Position numbers and translations under genes: made by a program
Part shown: piece by piece, positions 19,190 through 28,244 of the stretch
Position numbering within the stretch: the stretch's first letter is position 1
Layout of the letters: each line of letters opens with the position of its first letter
Notes under the pieces: generated by a model
What the model was told of the DNA's origin: nothing
Seen by the model: only the letters and a program-made list of their open reading frames with translations
Database searches by the model: none
Assembly (NCBI GenBank): GCA_014729135.1
Contig: WJKK01000001.1
Coordinates: 455,599 to 519,598, forward strand
From: a candidate division WWE3 bacterium
GTDB lineage: Bacteria > Patescibacteriota > WWE3 > UBA101185 > UBA10185
Direction: 5' to 3'
DNA: 64,000 nucleotides

Positions 19190-20149
19190 ATGGATTCGAT
19201 AAGTGTTGTAATACCTGTTTATAATTCTGCTAGCACCCTAAAACGTACTTTGGGTTGTTTGCTTGATGCATCCCGTTTTATAGACGAGGTTTACATAGTA
19301 GATGATGCTTCTAATGATGATTCAGTAGAAATTGTTAAACAGTTTATCGAGAACCTTTCTTCCAAAATGCGAACTAAGTTTAATTTTATAACCCACGGTA
19401 AAAACCTTGGTTTGGCAGGGACCTACAATGATGGTTTAAGGAGATGTAAGGGGGATATCATTATTACCATTCATTCTGATATTATTTTTGGCTCTGAGGA
19501 AATACCCAAGCTTTTGAAACCTTTTAGCAGTGCTGATGTTGTTGCTTCCTGTCATTGTGTTAAACATCCTCTTAAAACTTGGAAAACTTACACCTTCTGG
19601 CAGAAATGCTTATTTTCACGCCTTTTGGGAAGAACTTCCTGTGGTTTAGATGGGAAATTTGATGCCTACCGTAGAAAGGCCCTGGAGCAGGTTGGTTATT
19701 TTGACGACAACCATTTTTATAGAGCAGGGGAGGATGGTGATTTACGTGAGAAGCTCTCTAGAATTGGAAAAATCGAAAAATCAGGAGCTGTCATAGTTCA
19801 TATTCATAATCAGAGCTCTAATTTTTCCTTGGAGGATTATATTTACAAACATGCTCAGTATGCAGAGGCCTTTGGTGTTTTATTAAGAAGACATGGAATA
19901 ACTAATTTCCCACGTTTTATTAGGACTCATTTTAGAGAGTTGATTTTTATTGCCTTATTAGTACCTTTTATAAGAATATTTGGAGCGTTTATTGCCTTGT
20001 CCTTTGCTTTTTTCTATACCAAAGCTGTTTTTATCTCCGAATTTCCGGATAGACGTTTGTTTTATCTTCCTTTAGTAAATTTGTTTCTTTTACCCATTTC
20101 CTTTATTTTTAGTCTAAAGGGATTTATACATGGTCAACAAACAGTTTGA
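19190..20149 (+). CDS. GT2 glycosyltransferase (module B)
   Basis: 'ISVVIPVYNSASTLKRTL' and 'CHCVKHPLKTWKTYTFWQKCLFSRLLGRTSCGLDGKFD'. Confidence 0.75.
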   Translation: MDSISVVIPVYNSASTLKRTLGCLLDASRFIDEVYIVDDASNDDSVEIVKQFIENLSSKMRTKFNFITHGKNLGLAGTYNDGLRRCKGDIIITIHSDIIFGSEEIPKLLKPFSSADVVASCHCVKHPLKTWKTYTFWQKCLFSRLLGRTSCGLDGKFDAYRRKALEQVGYFDDNHFYRAGEDGDLREKLSRIGKIEKSGAVIVHIHNQSSNFSLEDYIYKHAQYAEAFGVLLRRHGITNFPRFIRTHFRELIFIALLVPFIRIFGAFIALSFAFFYTKAVFISEFPDRRLFYLPLVNLFLLPISFIFSLKGFIHGQQTV

Positions 20150-20774
20150 AGCAGAAAAGTACGATGGGGTTTTTAATCCTATCGTGTTCTCAGAGGTTTC
20201 CCCGGATTCAAAAATCCTGGATGTTGGGTGTTGGAAAGGTGGCTTGGGTAAGGCTCTTATAAAGAAGAAGTCTTGTGTGGTAGATGGTGTGGATCTTAAC
20301 CCTGAGGCTTTAGAGGTAGCTTCTCAACGGGGTTATAGAGAGGTTTATGATTTTGATTTGAATCAGGGGAATCTGGACAAGCTTCCTTTAGAAGAGACTT
20401 ATGATTATATAGTCTTTGCAGATGTTTTGGAGCATTTGATAAATCCGGCTGAGGTTTTAGAAGCTTTTGCTCCCTTTCTTTCTAAGGAGGGTAGAATAAT
20501 AATTTCGATTCCAAATATTGCTTTTATTAAACAAAGATGGGACTTGCTTTGGGGTAAATTTGAGTATAACCCTTCCGGTGGGATAATGGATGAGAAACAC
20601 CTCCGATTTTATACTTATTCCAGCTTTAAGGATTTGGTAAATAATGCCGGTTTTAGAGTGAAAAAAAGCTATGGTTATTCCTTGGTTAAACCACGATTCA
20701 AATTCCTGAAACCCTTGAGTAAATTGTTTCCCTCACTTTTTGCCCTACAGTTCATTTTTGTTTTAGAGAGTTAG
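20130..20774 (+). CDS. class I SAM-dependent methyltransferase
   Basis: 'ILDVGCWKGGLGKAL' and 'YIVFADVLEHL'. Confidence 0.75.
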   Translation: MVNKQFEAEKYDGVFNPIVFSEVSPDSKILDVGCWKGGLGKALIKKKSCVVDGVDLNPEALEVASQRGYREVYDFDLNQGNLDKLPLEETYDYIVFADVLEHLINPAEVLEAFAPFLSKEGRIIISIPNIAFIKQRWDLLWGKFEYNPSGGIMDEKHLRFYTYSSFKDLVNNAGFRVKKSYGYSLVKPRFKFLKPLSKLFPSLFALQFIFVLES

Positions 20775-20861
20775 CATCTTTATTAGGGTATATTTACCTG
20801 TTATACTCTGCTTGTTTTTAAGATATTGAAAATCTAAGGAGATGGAAGGAGGGTGAGTGAG

Positions 20862-21662
20862 ATGGATAAGCGAGAAATTGGAGTTACGAGTATGGCGTTT
20901 TTCCCCTGGGTTTTACTACCGGGGGGACTGTTACTGGTAAATAGGTGGTCGCGAAAAGCCGGCTATGATTTTTTGCAGCCGGTTCCCTCTCGCGGGATTT
21001 TTCCATTTGTATTGCGAAGGATCCCCGCGGATCGAATTCCCCACACCCAGGGTTCGTGGCACCCGCGTCCGGGCCGTCCTCTTATGGCAGTTGCGCGGCA
21101 GTTTGGGTTGGTGGGGGACGAGTGGCCCTTGCCCGAAGATTGGATAGTCTTTGCCTCCGCGCGGCTGGTTGAGTGTCGCCTAAAACTTTTTCAGAGGAAC
21201 TTTCCGGATGTTCGTCGTGTAGGCCACAGCTGGGGAGACCCCCTTTTGGAGGTGAATCCCGACCTATTGACTTCCGCAGGGGAGCAGCCTGCTCTCGGTG
21301 ATCTTCTGGACTATCCGGGAGATCTAGTGATTGATCTCTGGCATGTTCGAAGAGAAGGTTGGCAGGGACAAGCTCCCTTGACCTCCGAACCCGTGGAGTT
21401 TTTTCAACAACTCCTATTTTCGGGTAAAGTAGTCCTTGTCCATTTTCAACCAGCGCGAGATGGTGCAGAGCTGGGAAGGTTTCTCCGGGGGGAACCAACG
21501 GTTTTGGATGAATTACTAGCTCTCCTACGTTTGTACCCGCGGATTCCTCTAGTGGTGGAGCTGGCTCCGCCCTCCACTGCGCCTGCCTCCTGGATGTTCC
21601 CCAGGTCGGCAATTCAGGGCCTGATTCAGGTCCGTCAGCGCATAGAAGAGGTCCTAACCTAG
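20862..21662 (+). CDS. hypothetical protein encoded on a GC-rich island (no recognisable domain)
   Basis: 266-269 aa ORF (GTG 20853 or ATG 20862), preceded by GGAGATGGAAGGAGGG. Local GC is ~58-62% against ~40% flanks. Pro/Arg/Ala/Gly-rich codon usage. A strong terminator follows. Confidence 0.55.
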   Translation: MDKREIGVTSMAFFPWVLLPGGLLLVNRWSRKAGYDFLQPVPSRGIFPFVLRRIPADRIPHTQGSWHPRPGRPLMAVARQFGLVGDEWPLPEDWIVFASARLVECRLKLFQRNFPDVRRVGHSWGDPLLEVNPDLLTSAGEQPALGDLLDYPGDLVIDLWHVRREGWQGQAPLTSEPVEFFQQLLFSGKVVLVHFQPARDGAELGRFLRGEPTVLDELLALLRLYPRIPLVVELAPPSTAPASWMFPRSAIQGLIQVRQRIEEVLT

Positions 21663-21669
21663 ATTAACC

Positions 21670-21718
21670 CGGATCTCGGGAGACAGCGTAACAGCTCCCG
21701 AGATCCTGCTTTTTGCTA
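21670..21718 (+). terminator. rho-independent terminator: GGATCTCGGGAG-(12-nt loop)-CTCCCGAGATCC + TGCTTTTTGC
   Basis: Perfect 12-bp inverted repeat followed by a T-run, 8 nt after the stop of the GC-rich ORF. Confidence 0.65.
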
Positions 21719-21729
21719 AAATACCCCTA

Positions 21730-23220
21730 ATGAGAGCCATCCTAAAAAAACACCCCTTCCTTACAATCGTAATCTCAGCCACACTTGTATACTTTTTCTC
21801 CTGGTTTTTTGCATGGAAAATTGGCGTTAACGACTTACCTATTCAATCCGAAGACACTTTACCCGCCATTTTTATGCCCGTTACAATCCTAAAAGAAGGC
21901 ACAATTTACCTTGACTCCTATTACGACATGCTTCTTTCGCGCTATCCTCACCCTGATGATAAGAGTTATGAAAAGGGGTTAGTTCCTTTTTATTTGCGGG
22001 AAGTGATTTCAGATTCACGGAATGACACACACTACGTCTCTGCATTTACTATAATAACGCCTCTGCTGGCTTTGCCGGTTTATTTTCTTCCGGTTCTTTT
22101 GGGAGTTTCTATAAATTGGACAAACTTGATTGTCCTTTCTCATTTAGCAGCTTCCTTCATTGTTGCTTTATCCGGTGGGTTTCTCTATTTGCTTTTAAGG
22201 AAGCACTTTTTTTCTCAAGATTCCGGCAAAACCTTTTTTAAACAAAAATCTCTATTGCTTACTGCAATTTATTTATTTGCAACCATAAATTTTGCGCACA
22301 TTTCTCAAGCTCTTTGGCAACACGGGACAGTTCAACTTTTTACGATTTTGGCTCTTTGGGCAATTTACGAAAAACGCTACCCTCTCACCGGACTCTTTTT
22401 TGGCTTAATGATCCTTTCTCGCCCCACCTCCGCCATCCCTGTCACCCTTCTTGGTTTAGCAGCCCTGACGAATTTGTTCAATACTTCTCCCTCTTCACAG
22501 GTTGAAGCCTCAGAAAGGAAAACTGAGAACACCTCTTTTAAGCGAACTTTTGCAGACCGCTATTGCGGTCGAAACGTGAGTCTAAAAGATGGTGTTCTCA
22601 GTTTAATTGCGCTTTCTTTAGGTTTCTTGCCTACCTTAATCTTCTTCCTCTGGTACAACAAAACCTACTACGGCAACATCTCCAATCAAGGCTACTCCAA
22701 CCAAATCTTCACCGAATGGAAAGGACGCTTCCCTGAAGGCTTCCTAGGCCTTTGGATCTCCCCATCAAAAGGAATCCTAATTTACTCACCAATCTTTATC
22801 TTTTCTCTTGCCGGCCTCTATTTAGCCGTCAAAAACCGGAAACAAAACTTAAACTGCATAATCCTTGGCTTAATCGTCTTAATTCACACACTTGTCCTTG
22901 GAAAATGGAAGCACTGGTATGGGGGATGGTCCTTTGGCTATCGCATGGCCTCCGATGTAATTCCCTTTTTAATCTTACTAATGGTCCCCTTTATAAAATC
23001 CTCCCATTTTCAAAAAGCAAAAAACTTATTTTTCATACTTTTTGGCCTTTCAATTTTTGTCCAATTCTTTGGAATAGTCTTTTACGATGGAACTTGGCAT
23101 TCTGCTTATGATCTGGGATATGAAAACACCTCTTGGCTTTGGTCCTTAAAAAATAGCGAACTAATCTTCAACATTCGTAGAGTACTTGTAAAAACAGGCT
23201 TACGCGCCACACCTTTTTAG
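21730..23220 (+). CDS. polytopic membrane protein (496 aa; possible GT-C/mannosyltransferase-like)
   Basis: About 12 predicted TM helices with a large loop. No soluble domain. Confidence 0.55.
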   Translation: MRAILKKHPFLTIVISATLVYFFSWFFAWKIGVNDLPIQSEDTLPAIFMPVTILKEGTIYLDSYYDMLLSRYPHPDDKSYEKGLVPFYLREVISDSRNDTHYVSAFTIITPLLALPVYFLPVLLGVSINWTNLIVLSHLAASFIVALSGGFLYLLLRKHFFSQDSGKTFFKQKSLLLTAIYLFATINFAHISQALWQHGTVQLFTILALWAIYEKRYPLTGLFFGLMILSRPTSAIPVTLLGLAALTNLFNTSPSSQVEASERKTENTSFKRTFADRYCGRNVSLKDGVLSLIALSLGFLPTLIFFLWYNKTYYGNISNQGYSNQIFTEWKGRFPEGFLGLWISPSKGILIYSPIFIFSLAGLYLAVKNRKQNLNCIILGLIVLIHTLVLGKWKHWYGGWSFGYRMASDVIPFLILLMVPFIKSSHFQKAKNLFFILFGLSIFVQFFGIVFYDGTWHSAYDLGYENTSWLWSLKNSELIFNIRRVLVKTGLRATPF

Positions 23221-23240
23221 TAGACTCTCTACGGTATAAT

Positions 23241-24167
23241 TTGGGTATGTCTAAAGACCAGGGTCTTCCAAAAGTTACTGTAATCATCACCACCTATAAC
23301 GATGGAGCTTTTGTTTCTAAGTGCCTTAATAACCTCAAAAAAATAAAGGAAGCAAGCTACTCCAATTTAGATGTTATTGTTAAGGATCAAAACACAACAG
23401 ATGGAACAAAAGAGCTAATTAAGCAGGATTATCCGTGGGTTACTTTAATTGAAGGTGAAAATGTTGGCTTATCTAAAGCCTATAACACTTCTTATAGGCA
23501 GGCCGATTCGGAATACTTGCTGTTTTTAGGTATGGATGCTTTTCCTGAGGAGAATGCGATAAAAACTTTGGTAGATTACTTTGAGGCACATTCTAAAGTA
23601 GGCGCAGCAACATGTAAGCTGGTTTTGGAGGATGGTTCCCTAGATATGGATGCTCATCGTGCTTTTCCAACTCCTTGGATTTCGTTAACTAAGTTTTTAG
23701 GCCTGAGTAAACTTTTTCCGCATTCTCCCTTGTTTAATGGATACTTTCTTCCCGGAAAAGACATGGAAAAGCCCCATGAAATTGACATGTTAATTTCGCA
23801 TTTTATGTTTACACGCAAGAGTGTTTTGGATGAAGTGGGCGGTTTTGATGAAGATTACTTTTTGTATGGTGAGGATGTTGACATTTGTTATCGTATTAAG
23901 GAGGCGGGTTGGAGGATTATGTATTTGCCCCAATGTCAGGCAATCCATGCTAAGGGAGGGGGTATAGGTATTCGTAAGACTACCCGAAATCGTGTTAAAA
24001 AGCCTTTAAAGCACAGGTTGAAGATGCAGCGTTTGTCTGCAGAGGCTATGGAAACGTTTTTGCGAAAGCATTATATGGAAAAGTATTCTAAGTTTTTAGT
24101 GCATCTGATGATCTTTTCTTCGCGTCTACTTGGGAAGCTGCGTGTTTTTATGGAGTCGTTTAGGTAA
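23241..24167 (+). CDS. GT2 glycosyltransferase
   Basis: 'VTVIITTYNDGAFVSKCL' and 'DEDYFLYGEDVDICYRIKEAGWRIMYLP'. Confidence 0.8.
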   Translation: MGMSKDQGLPKVTVIITTYNDGAFVSKCLNNLKKIKEASYSNLDVIVKDQNTTDGTKELIKQDYPWVTLIEGENVGLSKAYNTSYRQADSEYLLFLGMDAFPEENAIKTLVDYFEAHSKVGAATCKLVLEDGSLDMDAHRAFPTPWISLTKFLGLSKLFPHSPLFNGYFLPGKDMEKPHEIDMLISHFMFTRKSVLDEVGGFDEDYFLYGEDVDICYRIKEAGWRIMYLPQCQAIHAKGGGIGIRKTTRNRVKKPLKHRLKMQRLSAEAMETFLRKHYMEKYSKFLVHLMIFSSRLLGKLRVFMESFR

Positions 24168-24377
24168 ATTTAGTCAGCCTGCTTTTGTGTTTTTTGGTTT
24201 GGCGCTTTTCTTTAATGTTGATTCTAAAGTCTTAAACCACATTCTATCCTAACGGGAGTTTCTGTTGCCACTGCTTCTCCCTTCATTGGAGTCTCTTTTA
24301 CGTCCTTACCCCAAAAATTCCAGTTTTACTGGAAAATACCTCCTTTAAAACCCTCTAATTTTTGTTAAAATATATTT

Positions 24378-24611
24378 ATGTTTGGGAAGTTTATGAGAAA
24401 TTTAAAAAAGGATTCTAATCGAGAATACATTGATTCCTTGAACAAGGGGCTTATAAATTTTCCGGAGTTAAGGAAGCAATTTGTTCCGGAGGACCTTCCG
24501 GAAGAAGGTGATTATTCCGGGTGGATGGGTGCCCTTGATACTCCCGGTAAAACTATAACTACAGAAGATATTCTCACAACTTTAAAAAGATACAAAGGAT
24601 ACGACGTTTAA
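24378..24611 (+). CDS. small hypothetical protein (77 aa)
   Basis: ORF only; no domain recognised. Confidence 0.3.
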   Translation: MFGKFMRNLKKDSNREYIDSLNKGLINFPELRKQFVPEDLPEEGDYSGWMGALDTPGKTITTEDILTTLKRYKGYDV

Positions 24612-24728
24612 TTTCTCGATATGAAATGCCCTTAACAAATCCCCTTACCAAGCAGTTAGCGCCATCCCTTATCTACCTGTATAATTATCTAAAGGTCATT
24701 TATTTTCCTTGGCTGCTTCTAACTAAAT

Positions 24729-25928
24729 ATGCCAAAAGACAAACAAAAATTTAATATTATTGCCTTTTCCAATCAGCTCTGGGATTTTCCAAACTGGACT
24801 AACAAACGGCATGTAATGTCACGCATGGCAAAACTTGGACATAACGTTTTGTTTGTAGACCCTCCTATAAATCTAGGTAGAGTTTTCTTACGCCAGGTTC
24901 TACGCGGTCATTGGAGTTTAAAGCGTCTCTTAACGCAAACAAAAAAGGACCCTTCCGGGGCAATTATTTACTCTCCCGTTAACGTAATCCCAATTAAGTC
25001 AATAACAGCCTGGATTCATGCTCAAAGGCTTAAGCTCCTTGCTAAGAAGCATCTAAAAACTGAACAAAAAACACTAGTGTGGATTTATCATGTGGAAATA
25101 GCCCACCTTCCTACTTATTTAGAGGCTTTGGACAAAGATCTTTTAATTTATGACTGTGTCGACAATTACGAGGCCTTTCCAAAGTATGATACTGAAGAAA
25201 AAAAGGAAGTGGTTCGAAAGAAGGAGCGTTATTTAGCTTCAAAAGCAGATTTGATTTTTGCTACGGCACCGGGCCTATTGGATAAACTCAAAAAGTACAA
25301 CAAGAATGTGTTTTTTGCCCCTAACGTAGGTGATTTTGAGCGTTTCTATAAAGTAAAAGAGCGCATAAAAGATCTGCCGAAAGAATTTGCGGATATTCCT
25401 CAGCCACGCGTTGGTTATATTGGTGCAATGGATGAGTACAAATTTGATGCTGATCTAATGAGAAAAGTGGCTCAAGACCATCCCCACATTTCATTTGTAC
25501 TAATTGGTCAAATTGCTCTAAAAGATCGTTCTGCTACATTGGATGACATAGGTCTTGCCGGTTTAGATAACATTCATTTCCTGGGGTATCGCCCCTATCC
25601 TATTAGTGATGGTTACCATGCCGGTTTTGATGCTTACATTATTCCTTATCAGCTTAACGAATATACTGTAGGCGGTTGTTTTCCCGTTAAGTTTCATAAT
25701 GCACTTGCTGCAGGTTTGCCTACGGTGGTAACAGATCTGCCGGCTTATCTACCTTTTAAGGATGTTTGTTATATTGCAAAGACGCCTGAAGAGTTTTCGG
25801 AAATGGTTCAAAAGGCCTTAATTCAAGATGATGCCGATAAGATTAGAGCGCGTCAAAAGGTAGCTAAGGAAAATAGTTGGGATGGTAAAGTGCGTAAAAT
25901 GTTGGATATTGTTAAGCAACATCTTTAG
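24729..25928 (+). CDS. glycosyltransferase, GT1/GT4-like fold
   Basis: 'IIAFSNQLWDFPNWTNKRHVMSRMAKLGHNVLFVDPP' and C-terminal 'VKFHNALAAGLPTVVTDLPAY'. Confidence 0.6.
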   Translation: MPKDKQKFNIIAFSNQLWDFPNWTNKRHVMSRMAKLGHNVLFVDPPINLGRVFLRQVLRGHWSLKRLLTQTKKDPSGAIIYSPVNVIPIKSITAWIHAQRLKLLAKKHLKTEQKTLVWIYHVEIAHLPTYLEALDKDLLIYDCVDNYEAFPKYDTEEKKEVVRKKERYLASKADLIFATAPGLLDKLKKYNKNVFFAPNVGDFERFYKVKERIKDLPKEFADIPQPRVGYIGAMDEYKFDADLMRKVAQDHPHISFVLIGQIALKDRSATLDDIGLAGLDNIHFLGYRPYPISDGYHAGFDAYIIPYQLNEYTVGGCFPVKFHNALAAGLPTVVTDLPAYLPFKDVCYIAKTPEEFSEMVQKALIQDDADKIRARQKVAKENSWDGKVRKMLDIVKQHL

Positions 25929-25952
25929 CGGAGGGCTTTCTCGGAGGTACTT

Positions 25953-27098
25953 ATGAACATTCTTTATACTTTAAATTCAGGTCATCCGGGAGGCATGGAG
26001 CAGCATGTTTTGGATTTGGTGGAGGGGATGGTTCAGGAGGGTCACGAGGTTTATGTTTGGTGTAGGTCCGGTGCTATTGTTGATTGGTATGGGGATGCCG
26101 GGGCTTTGGTTACAGTAGCTGATATTAAAACCGATTTGGATCCTTTTTACATTTTCAAACTGGCACGCTTTTTAAAGCAAAAAAAGATTGATGTTTTACA
26201 TGCGCATGAGCTTAAGGCAGTTGGTAATAGTTTGATTGCAGGCTTTTTGGCGGGAACCTCCGTTAGAATTTCGCATACACATACTCCGCTTTCGGAATGG
26301 CAAGTTCCAAATGTGCAAAAAAGGCTAAACATTTTATTTAATAGCTTTGTTGTTAATACCTTTTCAACTAAGGAAATTGCTCTAACTGAAAGTAGAAAAC
26401 GTGTAAAAATTGAGGAAGGTATCAAAGAAGAGAAACTGGCTACCATTCCTAATGCTCTTCGTTTTGAGGATTTTTCGCTTACTTCTGCGGAGCGCCTGGA
26501 ATATAAAGATGAGATTGTTTCGCGTTATGACATTCCCAAAGGGAGTTACATATTTGGCAATGTTAGTCGTGTTAGTAAGGAGAAGGGTCACGAAGTTTTG
26601 ATTTCAGGTTATGCTCGATTTTGTAAACTTTTGGAAGCTCGTAGAGAGGAAAATAATTCGTTTTTGTTTATTGGTGGTGGTGGCCCTTTGGAGCAGGATT
26701 TGCGAGAGAAGGTTAGTTCCATTGGGTTGGAAGATCATGTGGTTATTACAGGACGCTTTTCCAAGGAAGATCACAAAAAGTTTTATGCTGCTTTTGATAG
26801 TTTTGTTTTTCCTTCGTTGGCTGAGGGCTTTGGCATTGTTTTAATTGAGGCTATGGCTTTTTGTTTGCCGGTGATTTGTTCCGATTTGGAGGTTTTACAG
26901 GAAGTGGGGGGCTCCACTGTTCGCTACTTTGAAACCGGATCCTCTGAGGACTTGAGCGAAAAGCTTTATGACCTTTACACACGCAAAGATCAGTATTACG
27001 ATTTTGGAGAGAAAGCTTGTGCTCGTGTTGAGGAGCTTTACACTATGGAACGCTTTGTAAAAAAGTATTTGGATTTATATCGAGAACTTTTAGCATGA
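25953..27098 (+). CDS. GT4 glycosyltransferase
   Basis: 'FVFPSLAEGFGIVLIEAMAFCLPVICSDLEVLQEV'. Confidence 0.8.
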   Translation: MNILYTLNSGHPGGMEQHVLDLVEGMVQEGHEVYVWCRSGAIVDWYGDAGALVTVADIKTDLDPFYIFKLARFLKQKKIDVLHAHELKAVGNSLIAGFLAGTSVRISHTHTPLSEWQVPNVQKRLNILFNSFVVNTFSTKEIALTESRKRVKIEEGIKEEKLATIPNALRFEDFSLTSAERLEYKDEIVSRYDIPKGSYIFGNVSRVSKEKGHEVLISGYARFCKLLEARREENNSFLFIGGGGPLEQDLREKVSSIGLEDHVVITGRFSKEDHKKFYAAFDSFVFPSLAEGFGIVLIEAMAFCLPVICSDLEVLQEVGGSTVRYFETGSSEDLSEKLYDLYTRKDQYYDFGEKACARVEELYTMERFVKKYLDLYRELLA

Positions 27099-28237
27099 GC
27101 AAAATAAAGGTTTTAATGTTAGGCCGTATAGGCCTTTTGGAGCAGGGGGGCGGCGATAAGGTTCAAATTGAAAATACGGCAAAAGAGCTTCGCAAACTTG
27201 GAATTGAGGTCGATATTGCAACCGGTTTAAAAACAGATATTAGTTCTTACGATCTTGTTCATGTATTTCAATTGGATTGGACTCCGGAAACATACCTCTA
27301 TGCCAAAAAAGTTAAGGAGGCTAACAAGCCCCTGATCCTTTCGCCCATTCACCACTCCGTAAAAGAAGTGATTAAGTTTGATGAGACTTATGCCTTTGAC
27401 TTGCGCCGTCTGTCTAAACTTCTTTTTAGAAAGCAGCATGCACGAGACACTTTTAAGAATGTTTATCGCTCCTTTTTTGATCTACGTAAATTTGGTCCCA
27501 CAGCAAAAAGCATTCTAGTTGGTTTAAAAAAGATGCATCGAAAAACGCTAAATTTGGCAGATACCGTTTTGGTGCAAACTAATCTGGAAGCCTTTGATTT
27601 AAAAGATACTTACGGGGTTGATTTTAATTGGGTTAAAGTTCCCAATGGAGTAGGGGAGCAATTTTTGAATTTAGGTGATGTAGAAGATCCCTTTGAGGAG
27701 GAGGAAATTCAGGATTATTTATTTTGTGTGGGAAGAATAGAGCCTCGTAAAAATCAGCTAAATATTATTGAAGCAGCTAAGTTAATGCGTGCGGAATTTA
27801 ACAAGGAAATTCCGCTTGTTTTTGTGGGCACTAAAAGTACAAAACGTCACTTTGAGTATGTTTGGCGATTTAATCGTGCTTTAAAGGCCAATCCCTGGAT
27901 CAAGCACATTTCCCGTGTTCCTTATGAGGAAATTCCGGCTTACTTTCACTTTGCAAAAGTAGGTGTGTCTGCCAGCTGGTTTGAAACTACCGGATTAACC
28001 AGTCTAGAAGCCTTGTTTTGTGGTACTAATGCTGTTGCTGCAGGACCTCGTGCAAAAGAGTACTTAGGGGATAAAGCGTTTTATTGCCGTCCTGATGACG
28101 TTACTTCCATTAAAGATGCTCTAGTTAAGGCCTACAAAGCCTCTCCACCAAAGATAGATTCCGCCATGAAAAAAGAATACACCTGGAAAAACGCCGCCAA
28201 AAAAACATTAGAAGTATATGAAAATAGTTTAAAATAG
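27095..28237 (+). CDS. GT4-like glycosyltransferase
   Basis: 4-nt start/stop overlap with the upstream gene. 'KVGVSASWFETTGLTSLEALFCGTNAVAA'. Confidence 0.7.
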   Translation: MSKIKVLMLGRIGLLEQGGGDKVQIENTAKELRKLGIEVDIATGLKTDISSYDLVHVFQLDWTPETYLYAKKVKEANKPLILSPIHHSVKEVIKFDETYAFDLRRLSKLLFRKQHARDTFKNVYRSFFDLRKFGPTAKSILVGLKKMHRKTLNLADTVLVQTNLEAFDLKDTYGVDFNWVKVPNGVGEQFLNLGDVEDPFEEEEIQDYLFCVGRIEPRKNQLNIIEAAKLMRAEFNKEIPLVFVGTKSTKRHFEYVWRFNRALKANPWIKHISRVPYEEIPAYFHFAKVGVSASWFETTGLTSLEALFCGTNAVAAGPRAKEYLGDKAFYCRPDDVTSIKDALVKAYKASPPKIDSAMKKEYTWKNAAKKTLEVYENSLK

Positions 28238-28244
28238 GTCTGAA

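Noticed and set aside
21082-21612. 176-aa minus-strand ORF inside the GC-rich island
   Set aside because: Low-complexity Pro/Arg/Ala translation typical of antisense frames in GC-rich DNA. The + strand ORF has the SD and the downstream terminator.
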